Shown piece after piece: positions 48,790 through 60,200 of a stretch of DNA of 64,000 nucleotides. This stretch comes from Octopus sinensis. Taxonomy: Eukaryota. A program made the position numbers and the translations under genes. The stretch spans positions 90,334,001 to 90,398,000 of the forward strand of contig NC_043000.1 in NCBI RefSeq assembly GCF_006345805.1, in the 5' to 3' direction. How positions within the stretch are numbered: the first letter of the stretch is position 1; the number at the start of each line of letters is the position of its first letter. The notes under the pieces were generated by a model, which saw only the letters and a program-made list of their open reading frames with translations, did not search any database and had not been told where the DNA came from.

Positions 48790-49828
48790 AGAGGGTTAGT
48801 ATCATTAGAAGACTGCGTGGAGTTAGCTAGAATAGATATAGACTCCTATGTAGGTAACAGTGAAGAAAGCTTATTAAAAGCTGCTAGAGTCACAGCAAGA
48901 CATAGAGAAACCAAGACACCAAACGAACTTAAAAACCAGAAAAAAGAACAGAAATGATCTAACTGACAGGAGAAGGCGTTGTATGGTAGATTCCCAAAGA
49001 TAGTTGCAGCAAATAGTAGTAGTGAGACATGGTAAAGGACGCAGAAAAGAAAGCTGAAGAGGGAGACAGAAAGTTTGTTAGTTGCTGCACAAGATCAAGC
49101 GTTAAGGACTAATAGGATAAAAGATAAGATAGGCAAAAACCAAGTAGATTCTCAGTGTAGATTATGCAGATCAAAAGAGGAAAGCGTTACTCATATAGTA
49201 AGTGAAAGTAACATGCTGGCACAGAAAGAATACAAGAAAGTACAGGACAATCTAGGGAGAGCAATCCACTGGGAGCTATGTAGAAAGCTAGGATTTGAAC
49301 ATGCTGGTAAATGGTATGAACATGAACCTAGTAAAATACTAGAAAGTAAGAAATAGAAGATGTTGTGGAACTTTAACATTTAGACCAACAAAGTAATAGA
49401 AGCTAGAAGGCCTGATTTGGTAGTAGTAGATAAAGAGAATAGAAAGTGCCAGATAACTGACTTTACAGTCCCAAATAATGAAAACATCAATATGAGAGGT
49501 ATAGAAAAAATATCAAAGTACCAGGACCAAGCCATTGAATTACAGAGACTATGGAAAGTGTGGGTAAAATATATCCCAGTAGTTATATGTGCATTGGGAA
49601 CTATCCATAAAGATCTGAACAGAAGGATAGAGGAAATAGGCATAAAACTAAGTTCAGTACAGCTGCATAAAACAGTGTTATTAGGGACAGCTACGATACT
49701 TATGAGGGTTTTTGGGATTTAAGGTTACTAGCTGTAACCCAATAGGAGATTTCTTGGCATCTAAGGCTGCTTGTTGTAGCCTGATGTTAGGATTTATTTT
49801 CTTTTCCAACAGTCTAATCTGTTGAGTG
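48790..49828 (+). mobile_element. R4/Dong-like non-LTR retrotransposon 3' fragment (CCHC + REL endonuclease), decayed
   Basis: AAQDQALRTN, CRLCRSKEESVTHIVS, RRPDLVVVDK...DFTVP...KISKY, IPVVICALG; followed by (TAA)n. Confidence 0.88.
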
Positions 49829-50017
<189 letters not shown>

Positions 50018-50020
<3 letters not shown>

Positions 50021-50830
50021 AAAAAAAGCAGAATATTGCATCAGACGAGTCATGGTTATGGTTGAAGAATAGCGAACTCAAGGAAGAAACGAAAGGACAC
50101 ATTATGGCTGCTCAAAACCAATCATCACGAATGAATGTTATTAAGGCAAGAATAAACAAAGTCGTGGAAAGTGCTAAATGCAGAATGAGTTAAGAGAAGG
50201 ACGGGTTCATTGTATACATGATAAGTAACTTTAGTCTTTTGGTTTGAAAGAAAAAAGATAAACGCTGACACGATAGTGTAGTCAAGGTATCACATAGGGA
50301 CATATAACGGCAAGGGAGTTTTGAAGTAAGCAGAAAATGGTACCCAACACCAACCGGAGAGTTGTTGCAGAGAGCAATCAGCTTAGGATTTTATGGGACT
50401 TAACCATAAAACTAACCATGAGACCAGCCATGAGGTTCTGGACAGGATGATAAAAAAAAAAGTGCATCATCATAGATGTGGCTGTGCCTATTGATATGAA
50501 TGTTGTGCTTAAAGGACAGAAGAAAATAGGAAAATATCAAGACTTAGCAAGGGGAATGCGGTGACTGGAGAGTTTCTGCAAAAGAAATCCCAGTTCTTAT
50601 AGGTGCCCTAGGTACCGTTACCAATAGACTTAGTAGTTTACTTAATGAGATCGGAGTAACTACGAGAATTATATTAATAAGAGAAATCTGTTGTTTTAGG
50701 AACAGCAAGGATTTTTCGAAAGCTCTACGGTATCTAAGGAAACTAGTTGTGACTCACTATTATGGACGTTGATTCCAAGTGTAACGCTTACAATTAAATA
50801 ACGACAGCTACAACAATAGTATTAATAATG
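50018..50830 (+). mobile_element. R4/Dong-like LINE 3' fragment, second subfamily
   Basis: SWLWLKNSELKEETKGHIMAAQNQ, IIDVAVP, KIGKYQDL, IPVLIGALG, VLGTARI in broken frames. Confidence 0.8.
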
Positions 50831-51045
50831 GTTTCAAATTTTTGCACAAAACCAGCCATTTCAGGGGTGGGGGATAGTCGATTACATCGACCCCAGTGTT
50901 AATCTGGTACGTATTTTATCGACTACGAAAGCACAAAAAGGCAAAGTCGACCTCGACGGCATTTGATTTCAGAATTTAAAGATAGATGAAATGCCGCAAA
51001 GCATTTTGCCTGGTGTGCTATTAATCCTGCCAACTTTTCGCCTTA
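50830..51045 (-). mobile_element. SINE family B
   Basis: ggcaaagtcgacctcgacggcatttga core. Confidence 0.75.
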
Positions 51046-51069
51046 ATGATAATAATGATGATGATGATG

Positions 51070-51130
<61 letters not shown>

Positions 51131-51276
51131 TAATAATAATAATAATAATAATAATGATTTCTTTGTTAACCACAAGGGTTTTGCGTATAAACAAGACAAA
51201 TAATTAAAAAAACCCAACAATGTATGATCCTCAATACAGAGGCGACGTTCGAGGGCTGCCCAGAGAAAACCCCCAT

Positions 51277-51341
<65 letters not shown>

Positions 51342-51349
51342 CAATAATA

Positions 51350-51908
51350 AATGCCCTGATGCAGTACCAAGCAGTGGCTCTCATGGCTTCTGATCTTAAC
51401 TGATTGGAAGTGTTATCATGTACATTGTTATGTCTTGGTATAAAAGATGGGCTATAGCAAATATTCTGCTCAATACCACAGATTTGCTTGTCAGTTGTTT
51501 GACCTTTAACCAGTTGAGCATGTCCCTTAGTGGCTGACGATACGTGCTTCTCTGATCACGAGCAGAAGTAAAGGGGGAGCATCATAGCCATGTGTTGAAA
51601 GGAATTCTTTGGAGTTTGAATAATTCACCTCTGGAAACATGGGTGCTTCGTTCAACATCCTTAAACAACCCTTATTCAGGGACCTTTTGAGCGGGATGGG
51701 TTACTCCACCAGAAGAAAATTCTAACTGGGCCCCACCTGCAAAGTCATGCGCTGTTTATCTTGATATAAGATCACCATGTCGCGTTCATATGGTTGTGAT
51801 GCATGTGCCTAGTGTACCCTTATCAGACGGATAGTCATGATGGGTATACTGGGCTTTGTATATTTTTACCCCAGTGTCACTTTCATGGCATGCACTGCTC
51901 TCTCACTC
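51350..51908 (+). mobile_element. ~560-bp non-coding (TAA)n-embedded element, complete copy
   Basis: (AAT)n-atgccctgatgcagtacc ... ctgctctctcactc-(AAT)n; second copy at 38752-39240; no ORF or TIR seen. Confidence 0.8.
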
Positions 51909-51931
51909 AATAATAATAACAATAATAATAA

Positions 51932-52150
51932 AAATGTGGCATCTCAAGGCGACTACAGTACCAGCGATTGTAGGATCTCTAGGAATGATAAAAAAAGGCA
52001 CTGAAACCTATTTGAAAATGATACCAGGCTTACCATCCCTACAAAATCGTATTAACTGGAACGACTCATGTACTGAGAAGAGCATTATCGCTGTGAAAAC
52101 ATACATTCATGAATTTATTAATAAATTTTTTAAAATACATATTTTACCTG
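51932..52150 (+). mobile_element. R4/Dong-like LINE extreme 3' fragment
   Basis: KMWHLKATTVPAIVGSLGMIKKG...IPGLPSLQ; begins in (AAT)n. Confidence 0.7.
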
Positions 52151-52249
52151 TGAATTTGCGTGTGTAATCTAGGAATGCATACAATGAGCTTCTCTGCCCT
52201 AGGTGTACGGAAAACATTCGGCGAGAAATGGAAGAAAATTTGAGGAAAG

Positions 52250-52316
52250 AAGGAAACAACAACAGCAAAAACAACAACAACAGCAACAACACAACAACAA
52301 CAACAACAACAACAAC

Positions 52317-52405
<89 letters not shown>
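52250..52405. repeat. (CAA)n/(CAG)n microsatellite
   Basis: Seen directly. Confidence 0.95.
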
Positions 52406-52406
52406 A

Positions 52407-52600
52407 ATGGTTTCAAATGTTGGAACAGGGCCAGCGGTTTTTGAGAGGGAAGTCGATTACATCGACCCCAGTACTTGACTGGTACTTAATTCATCGACCC
52501 CGAAAGGACGAAAGGCGAAGTCGATTTCGGCAGAATTTGAACTCAGAGCGCAAGGTGGGCAAAATGCCGCTAAGCATACTGTCCGGCGTAGTAACGATTC
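52407..52600 (-). mobile_element. SINE family B
   Basis: gaaaggacgaaaggcgaagtcga core. Confidence 0.75.
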
Positions 52601-52670
<70 letters not shown>

Positions 52671-52673
<3 letters not shown>

Positions 52674-53094
52674 GAAATTAAGGCCAACAGACCAGATATA
52701 GTTGTCAGAGATCATGAAAAAAAAATGCTTTCTAATTGATGTATCAATACCGGCTGATGACAACGTGTCTCTAAAAGAAATGGAGAAACTCTCAAAATAC
52801 AAAGACCTGGAAATAGAGGTAACTAGAATGTGGAACCTGAAAACAGAAACATTCCTATCATAGTAGGTGCATAGGCATGATAAAAATATTCAGACAAATA
52901 CATAACAAAAACACCAGGACTTACAAACACATATAACATACAGAAAATTGCACTACTAGGCACTGCACACATCCTACGCAGAACACTTTCCATACAATAA
53001 CCATCAGAGCATCACAACAAATCACAGCACATACCCAAGGCACACAGAGCTGCGCTCGGTAGTGAAGTGAAAGCACGCTATAAAAATAAAACTA

Positions 53095-53097
<3 letters not shown>
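52671..53097 (+). mobile_element. R4/Dong-like LINE 3' fragment with 3' UTR
   Basis: EIKANRPDIVVRDH...LIDVSIPADDNVSLKEMEKLSKYKDLEIEV (PD-(D/E)xK REL motif)...LLGTAHILRRTL*; (AAT)n on both sides. Confidence 0.88.
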
Positions 53098-53134
<37 letters not shown>

Positions 53135-53174
53135 TGTATTTGAAAACCCTCTGGTTAAATCTGTATAGTCTTAC

Positions 53175-53331
53175 CTGTAAAGACGTTTGAAAAAATATTA
53201 ACCGCAGCAGGTAAAATCCCAAGCAATATCTGGACATATTGAGCAATCTGGTATTTCCCGAAGCGACCTAGGTACCTAAACACTAGATCTACGTCGACAT
53301 GATCGTCCCAGTCCTTCAGCGTACAAGACAT
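53175..53331 (-). CDS. SLC22-like transporter exon 1 (start codon, TM1)
   Basis: ATG at 53331; MSCTLKDWDDHVDVDLVFRYLGRFGKYQIAQYVQILLGILPAAVNIFSNVFT G|gtaaga; the D..F..LG.FG.YQ N-terminal motif is typical of SLC22. Absent from the ORF track. Confidence 0.9.
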
Positions 53332-54439
53332 TACTGCACAGCTTGTAGCACTGGCATCGTTGTATAATCAAAGCAAGAAAGCAAATCTAGAGAATCACAA
53401 CACAAACAGGAATTCAACCGCCTGTCGACTAAACCAATTCAACGGTGTATTGAAGCGATCATCATTTGCAGAAATGAACCAACCAAAATGTATGCAAGTG
53501 TTTTGTTGTTTCTTTCTTTAATCAACTTGAACTCAAAAACCGTTGAAAGAGCTGCTATCTTCGGTAGATAGAAGAGTGGCTTTTAATATTCACTATGTCA
53601 TTAGATATTTTAAATTGTGGTATACATATACATATATATTTGTTGCATAAGGGCCTTATACGCGTAAGCGGTTCGTTTTCACGCTGTCTTTCATTCTCAC
53701 CTTGCTGTCAGCAGAATAAAATTCTCGACTGTTCAAATTAATATTTTGTAGTTATTGGGAACAAATGATTAAACGGCGAAATGACTATTCGTATGTCAGT
53801 TTTTCTGAATGTCTGTATGTCTGTATGTATGTATGTATGCGCGCGTGTGTGTATGCATATGTATGCTTCCTCTACGTGTTGTTGCTGTTGTTATTTATAT
53901 GTTCTGAGTTATCTATGATGCGAAGTGTGTCATAAAAAAAGGAAAAATACTGAAGCTACGTGAGTGCCTGGAATATTTAGATAAGTTAATTACCATCACC
54001 ATCTCCAATACCAACAACAACAACATCAATAACAAAACCAATAACTACAATGGAATAAGGAAAAACATCTGTAAATCATGAAGAATGAAAATAGGTCAGC
54101 ACCATTCAAGCAGATCTGCAGATCTTTGATGAAAGGCTTTTTAGCATCTAGAACTAGATTATCTAATGTATGTCCTCTATCTTTATATCTTACAAAAAAA
54201 AACAACAAAAAAAACAACAACCAAAAAACCCAATAAACCTCTGGATTGTGATTTGAGGGTGATTCGGCTGCTATTGTGGTTGTTGCTTCTTCGTATGGCT
54301 CTGTCTCTCACATCGCCAAATTTACATTCAGAATCGAACGCTGGCTTCATCAATTGTTCTATATTCCCTATGGATAAAAGTGGCTGAATAGTATAATACG
54401 AGTTGGCCTCAGTCTTGTAGAGACACCCGACATATCTTA

Positions 54440-55222
54440 TCTTTTATCGTTTACTTGTTTTAGTCATTAGACTGTGGCTACGCTAGGGCACCGCCTTGAA
54501 GAATTTTTAGACGAATGAATCGACTGAAGTACTTATATTTTAAAGCCTAGTACTTATTCTATCGATCTCCTTTGCCGATCCGCTACGTTACGGGGTTGTA
54601 AACACACCAACACCGGTTGTCAAGTAGTAGTGGGGGACAGATAAAGTTAGAAAGGCACAGACAGACAGACACACACAAACATATATGACGGGCTTCTTTC
54701 AGTTTCCGTCTACCAAATCCACTTGTGAGGCTTTGGTCAGCCTGAGGCTATAGTTGACGATACTTATTTCATTATTGCCCACAAGGGGCTAAACATAGAG
54801 GGGATAAACAAGGACAGACAAAGGGATTAAGTCGATTACATAAACCCCAGTACATAACTGGTACTTAATTTATCAACCCCGAAAGGATGAAAGGCAAAGT
54901 CGACCTCGGCGGAATTTGAACTCAGAACGTAACGGCAGGCGAAATACCTATTTCTTTATTGCCCACAAGGGGCTAAACATAGAGGGGACAAACAAGGACA
55001 GACATCGACCCCGAAAGGATGAAAGGCAAAGTCGACCTCAGCGGAATTTGAAGTCAGAACGTAACGGCAGACGAAATACCGCAAAGCATTTCGCCCGGCG
55101 TGCTAACGATTTTGCCAGTTTGAGGCTTGACGATACTTATGCAAGGTGCTACGCAGTGGAACTCAACCCGGAACTATGTGGTTGGGAAGCAAACTTCTTA
55201 CCACACAGCCACTCCTGCGCTT
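54440..55222 (-). mobile_element. SINE family A split by a nested SINE B insertion
   Basis: Tail at about 54450, head ccacacagccactcctgcgc at about 55220; interrupted at 54768-55126. Confidence 0.8.
54768..55126 (-). mobile_element. SINE family B tandem dimer with 14-bp TSD
   Basis: TSD ttgacgatacttat at 54754-54767 and 55127-55140. Confidence 0.88.
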
Positions 55223-55439
55223 ATATAGTGGAAATATCGGAGGTGCAGCCTACTCTTTCCAGGTACATTAGACTCCATTCTTTTGTCATCTTACCTCAGC
55301 CTGTTTGCTTACGGTTGCAATGTATTGATATAAATTGATACATGTTTGTTTTTCTTACTTAAACGACAATTCTCAGATTTATAATGATGTAATGAAAGAC
55401 CACTGATAGATGAGTTTATGGAGCAATAAAAGGTAAGGG

Positions 55440-55777
55440 TAAAAACTCCCTTCGGTCATGAATGACCTTGGGATAGCACCTAGAAAGTTCCCCTTCGAGG
55501 CACAAGTCCAGGCAAGGTTGTTTATGAAAGATCAGCAGTCGCTCATGCATACCGGCCTCCCCTCTCCATGCCACCGATGTTATCCAAGGGAAAGGCAAAG
55601 GGCGATGCAGCTTGACACTGGTGACGTCGCAACTCATTTCTACCGCTGAGTGAACTGGAACAACGTGAAGTAAAATGATTTGCTCAAGAACACAACACAC
55701 AGCCCAGTCCAGGAATCGAAATCACAATCTCATGATTGGAAGCCCGGCGCTCGAGTCTCTGAGCCATGCGCCTTCGT
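55440..55777 (-). mobile_element. SINE family C (tail type 1)
   Basis: Same body as 47228-47572. Confidence 0.82.
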
Positions 55778-55914
55778 AGAGCAGTACTTCTTAAACATTT
55801 ATAACTACTGAAGTTGAACAAAATTAAATACACTACTAACCACTGGTTTATCGCCTTTAGAAAAACTTGCTTTTTAGTAATTTCCTCAATATAATATGGA
55901 ATTTCAAAACAACA

Positions 55915-56290
55915 TTTCGAATAGTAATACTCAACTGGTTTTATTGACTCTCGAAAGAATGAAAGGCTAAGTCAACCTCGGCGGAATTTGAACTTACAAC
56001 ATAAAGACGGACGAAATGCCGCTAAGCTTCTGCCAAATTCGACCAGTAATATTAGTTTAAAATTATGGCTCAAGGCCAGCAATTCTGGGAAGGGTGTAAG
56101 TCAATTACATCAACCTCAATGCTCGACTGGTCCTTATTTTCATTGACTGTGAAAGGACGAAAGGCAAAGTCAAGTTCAGCGAAATTTAAACTCAGAACCT
56201 GAAGACGGACGAAATGCTACGAAGCATTTTGTCCGGCTACTAAGCATTTTTTCTGGCGTGCTAACGTTTCTACTATCTCGCTGCTTTATT
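55915..56290 (-). mobile_element. Two SINE family B copies
   Basis: Cores at about 55960 and 56160. Confidence 0.7.
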
Positions 56291-56334
56291 TCGACCAGTA
56301 GTATTGTTTCAACGGATTACATCAACCTCAGTAC

Positions 56335-57280
56335 CGTGTCCCTGGGAAGATCTTGACCACCAGCTCGGTCTTGTTGCTGTAGGCAGAGCGCTGGTGACTT
56401 TCTAAACTGCACCGAGACATAGTAATCCATGGGATTAGGTAAAGTTACTTTCTCGAGTCATACCGACACATAAGGGCCGTTTTTCCGGTTTCATGGCGTA
56501 TATATTCCTCACCTGGATGGGACGCCAGTCCGTCGCAGGATTGCTCGTTTTTGCCAGCTCAGTGGTTTGGAGCAACTTGAAAGGAGGGCGTTTTGCTCAA
56601 GAACACAACGCGTCACTCGGTCCATGGATCGACACTACAATTTTACGATCATGAGTCCAACACCCTAAGCACTAAACCTCGCGCCTCCGCACCCATGGGA
56701 TTACAATCGGGGTGATTAGGAGGCTAGAAATTGTGGTTGGTGAAATCGTAGAAATTCTCCGACAACCATTTCTGAGTCTTTCCAGAAGTAAAGTAAGGAG
56801 CTAAATCCTGCTGACACAGATATGGCATTCCAGCAGCAACCCTCTCCAGCCGGGGTTTGTCCACAGCCTCCAGCAGCTTCACATAGGCGTCTGAATTTAT
56901 CCTAACGCCCTGCTCAAAGACGTGGGGCGGCATGACACCACTCTCACTGGACACACTCCCAAAGACCATCACAGTTTGGGGGAATTTGGTTTTCATGATG
57001 TCCCTGTTCACATTTTACAGCCTTTACAGTGTTCACGGAGCATTGAGCAGCAGTCATAATGTCGGCATTTTGATACCCAGCACAAATCATCATGATACAG
57101 GTAATTCCTTTCAAATATTCAGATAGCATTCAGTGCTCCATATAAGCAGCTAACCTTTTCTCAACCACAAATTTAATCTTTATTCTCTCCAGCGCTGTAG
57201 ACTGTTCACTAATACATCAAGCTGTTCCTAAAAAAAGGAGGCATGATATCTCGTTAAATTAAGCCCGAACACCCTGCATA
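56335..57280 (-). mobile_element. DD37D (maT-type) Tc1/mariner remnant, internally deleted, split by a SINE
   Basis: KTKFPQTVMVFG...QQD-37 aa-D (PDCNPMDYY, rejoined across the SINE); 5' end tgcagggtgttcggg resembles CAGGGTG-type TIR starts. Confidence 0.82.
56438..56692 (-). mobile_element. SINE family C (tail type 3) with 11-bp TSD
   Basis: TSD ccatgggatta at 56427-56437 and 56693-56703. Confidence 0.85.
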
Positions 57281-57284
57281 TATA

Positions 57285-60200
57285 TAGTCCAGTAAATGTA
57301 CACCAGGACCCACCACTAATTGCAACAGAAATGAAACCAGTATTATTTGTCTTGAAAAAAGGTTTTTTATAACATACTAAAAGTCTCAAAGAATCGCCGG
57401 AGTGGAACATGGTGAAATAACAGAATAAAAAAGCATCACTATTTTACCATTTTTTAACTTAGCGAAACTTCAAATGGTCATAACTTCTCAACTAATCAAG
57501 ATAATTCAAAAGAACACTTTTACCTATGTTTTCATGGTTAATCTTTCAAGCAAAAGTGTGATAAATGAGTTCCCCCATCCCATAAAGTTAAAAGGATTTA
57601 CCCTCATTTACACCCACTTCCGCACACACATATAGGTCCACAATAAAATTGTTTACCACAGGATAAAATAAAAAATTCCGAATCCCAAGTGTTTTCATTT
57701 ATATTGACATCATCAGGGGATATGAAAAAAATAAAATAAAATACATAGACACAAGTATATGCTGTACAGTAAAAGCTTACAGTCCACAATGTCCATCATT
57801 TCAGTTACCTCTTCAGTCAGATTTAGCTGTTACCTCCATCCTCAGCACTGTCATAGTCATTGTTCTGACAAACACCAGAACAAGCAATTGAGCATGGAAG
57901 CCCATGCCGGCGGCAGCTACAGCGCAGCGTCCTACAACCTGACTTGTAGGCATACCGCACTAGAGTCAACAACGACTGTGGTGCCGGGGCAAGGTTAGAG
58001 ATGACTGATTTAAACGTTCCATCTGATAGTTTCCATCCCCAGTCTTCAGCATTCAGCGTGTTCCCCTGCCTCTCTTGGACTTGATGGTAGACATGCAGGC
58101 TATGGTACTTCGTAGATGCTGATGTTGGTGGCTACATGTTAGGAAGAACTGCCTTATTTCCCGTGATGACAAGGGCTTGGAATCGGTGATATCTAACATC
58201 ATTGAGGGAATCACTGGGGTTCCACGCATGGACAATGGCCATTGCGTTCTCTAACCAGCCGTGATGATGTTGTCCTTTGTTGCCATTTTACTTCAGAACA
58301 CAAAATATACATAAAATATATGATGTGAAGTACATAAAAATTTATATAGTGAACAAGCTATAAAAATATACAATATATAAAAATTAGTGAGAAAAAAGCA
58401 GATATACAGTAAATATGACAGCAGAAAACCGGAGGACCACTACTGTCAAACTAAAGAGAACCAGGCGAAAGGAGCAGCAACCACAGCTCTCATCCCCTTT
58501 CACTTGCACCAGATGTGGTAGAGACTGCCACTCGATGATTGGTCTGCACAGCAACACCAGGAAGTGCAGATAAACCCACCACCTTTTTCGAGCTACACCA
58601 TCGTCTCTCGAGACGGACGGATGCCGAATATACTCCAGAACACCTCCGCCTGTTTCCGAAATGCCTCACTATAAGTTTGAAACCTGCTACCTTCCCGATC
58701 CTAAAACCTCTGGATGTGGTATCACACCTCAAGAAAGCATGCACGAAGAGAATATACCTCAAAACCTGGACTCCAAGCTTATGCTTGATCGAATTAACAC
58801 TCACAACACCTGACTTCTGCTCCTTTCTTTGGTTCAGATCGGAAGTGGGTGTCATGTTTGCTTTCTCCTGCAAGGTGGAGGGGGAGAACAAGTAGGTCTG
58901 TGTCGTCTCCGACTAACACAGTTTCTCTGTCCTCAGAGATTCTCATTGCAGTTTGGACAATAAGAGTATCTGCATCCCTCTGGCACGGATAACTTCATAG
59001 CTTTCTTTGGCCAGGGCATCTCCCAAAAGTTCAAGAAAGCGTTGCTTGCTCTCTTGGTTTGAGAGGAATTCCATCCTTTTTTACTGGAGCTTCGTGGACA
59101 GATGGAATGTCACCTTCTTACCCTCAAACTCCACTCGGCGCTGATGTGTGCTGTCTTTTGTTGAAGGCCCAGCCTCATAACCCGCAAACACAATCACTAC
59201 CTGACCACAGTGTTTTGTAACATATCTAGTATAGTCCTGCAATATCTTGTATGTTTCACTATGTTGCCATGGAATGCGATGGAGAAGAATACTTCCATCA
59301 AGGACATATGTGATATTTTTACATGGTGCTGGGTTGTGTGGTACCTCGGACCAGATAACATCAGCTAGTTGTGGTTTACAGCTTTCAGGAGCTTTTCCTT
59401 CCTTTCGAACAAGGTAGGTGGGTAGTTGTAAAGTTCATAGGTGAGGGCATTCAGAAGATCATTTGCCTGAGATCCTGCAATGATGAGTCGTTGAAACAAA
59501 AAAAAAAGAGAGGATCAATCTGTACTTTCTCATCACCTATCTTGATTGCTGGCTTAGAGTCAAAAGTCACAGCTTGAGCTTTTCTTTTGAAACTGTACTT
59601 GACCACATGTTGTCCAACCATTTCATTAAGAATGTCATATCCGATTCTTTTTGCATCATCCACATTAACCTCGGAACCAACCAAGATTCGGCTGACTATG
59701 TCGCGGCGGGATGAGTCTGCTTCGAATGGAGACCTCCAGTCAAAAAGGACAGTAATTTGCTACAGTCTTGACTGTCCCTTGTTTGCCGAGCTTGTGATAT
59801 GTCTTCATGCTATTCACTCGTCTCGAATGTGATGAATGTCAGTTGTTGCATTACCATGTTTACTTCTGTACAGACTGGCCTTGAAAGACACTAGACCAGT
59901 CTTTTGGTTTCCTCCATTCCTCTTCCTCTGGTGAAACCTCCACTAGTCTTCAGACTTCTCATTAGTACCTGTTCGATCACTAGGTCTCGAGGCAACCCTA
60001 CCCAGAAGCGGTCAATCCTCCTGACTACATGTAGTTCCTGGGTGAACTGTTGGTAGACACTGGGGTATATGTCTTCCAGTTTTGTCATCTGCACCTCTGA
60101 ATATGAACTACAGAATCCAGGGGAATTCAGTGTGTCAATCAGAAATCTTGAAGCAAAATGCGAAAGCATTTGCACACCGAGACCTACTTGAAATGGTGCA

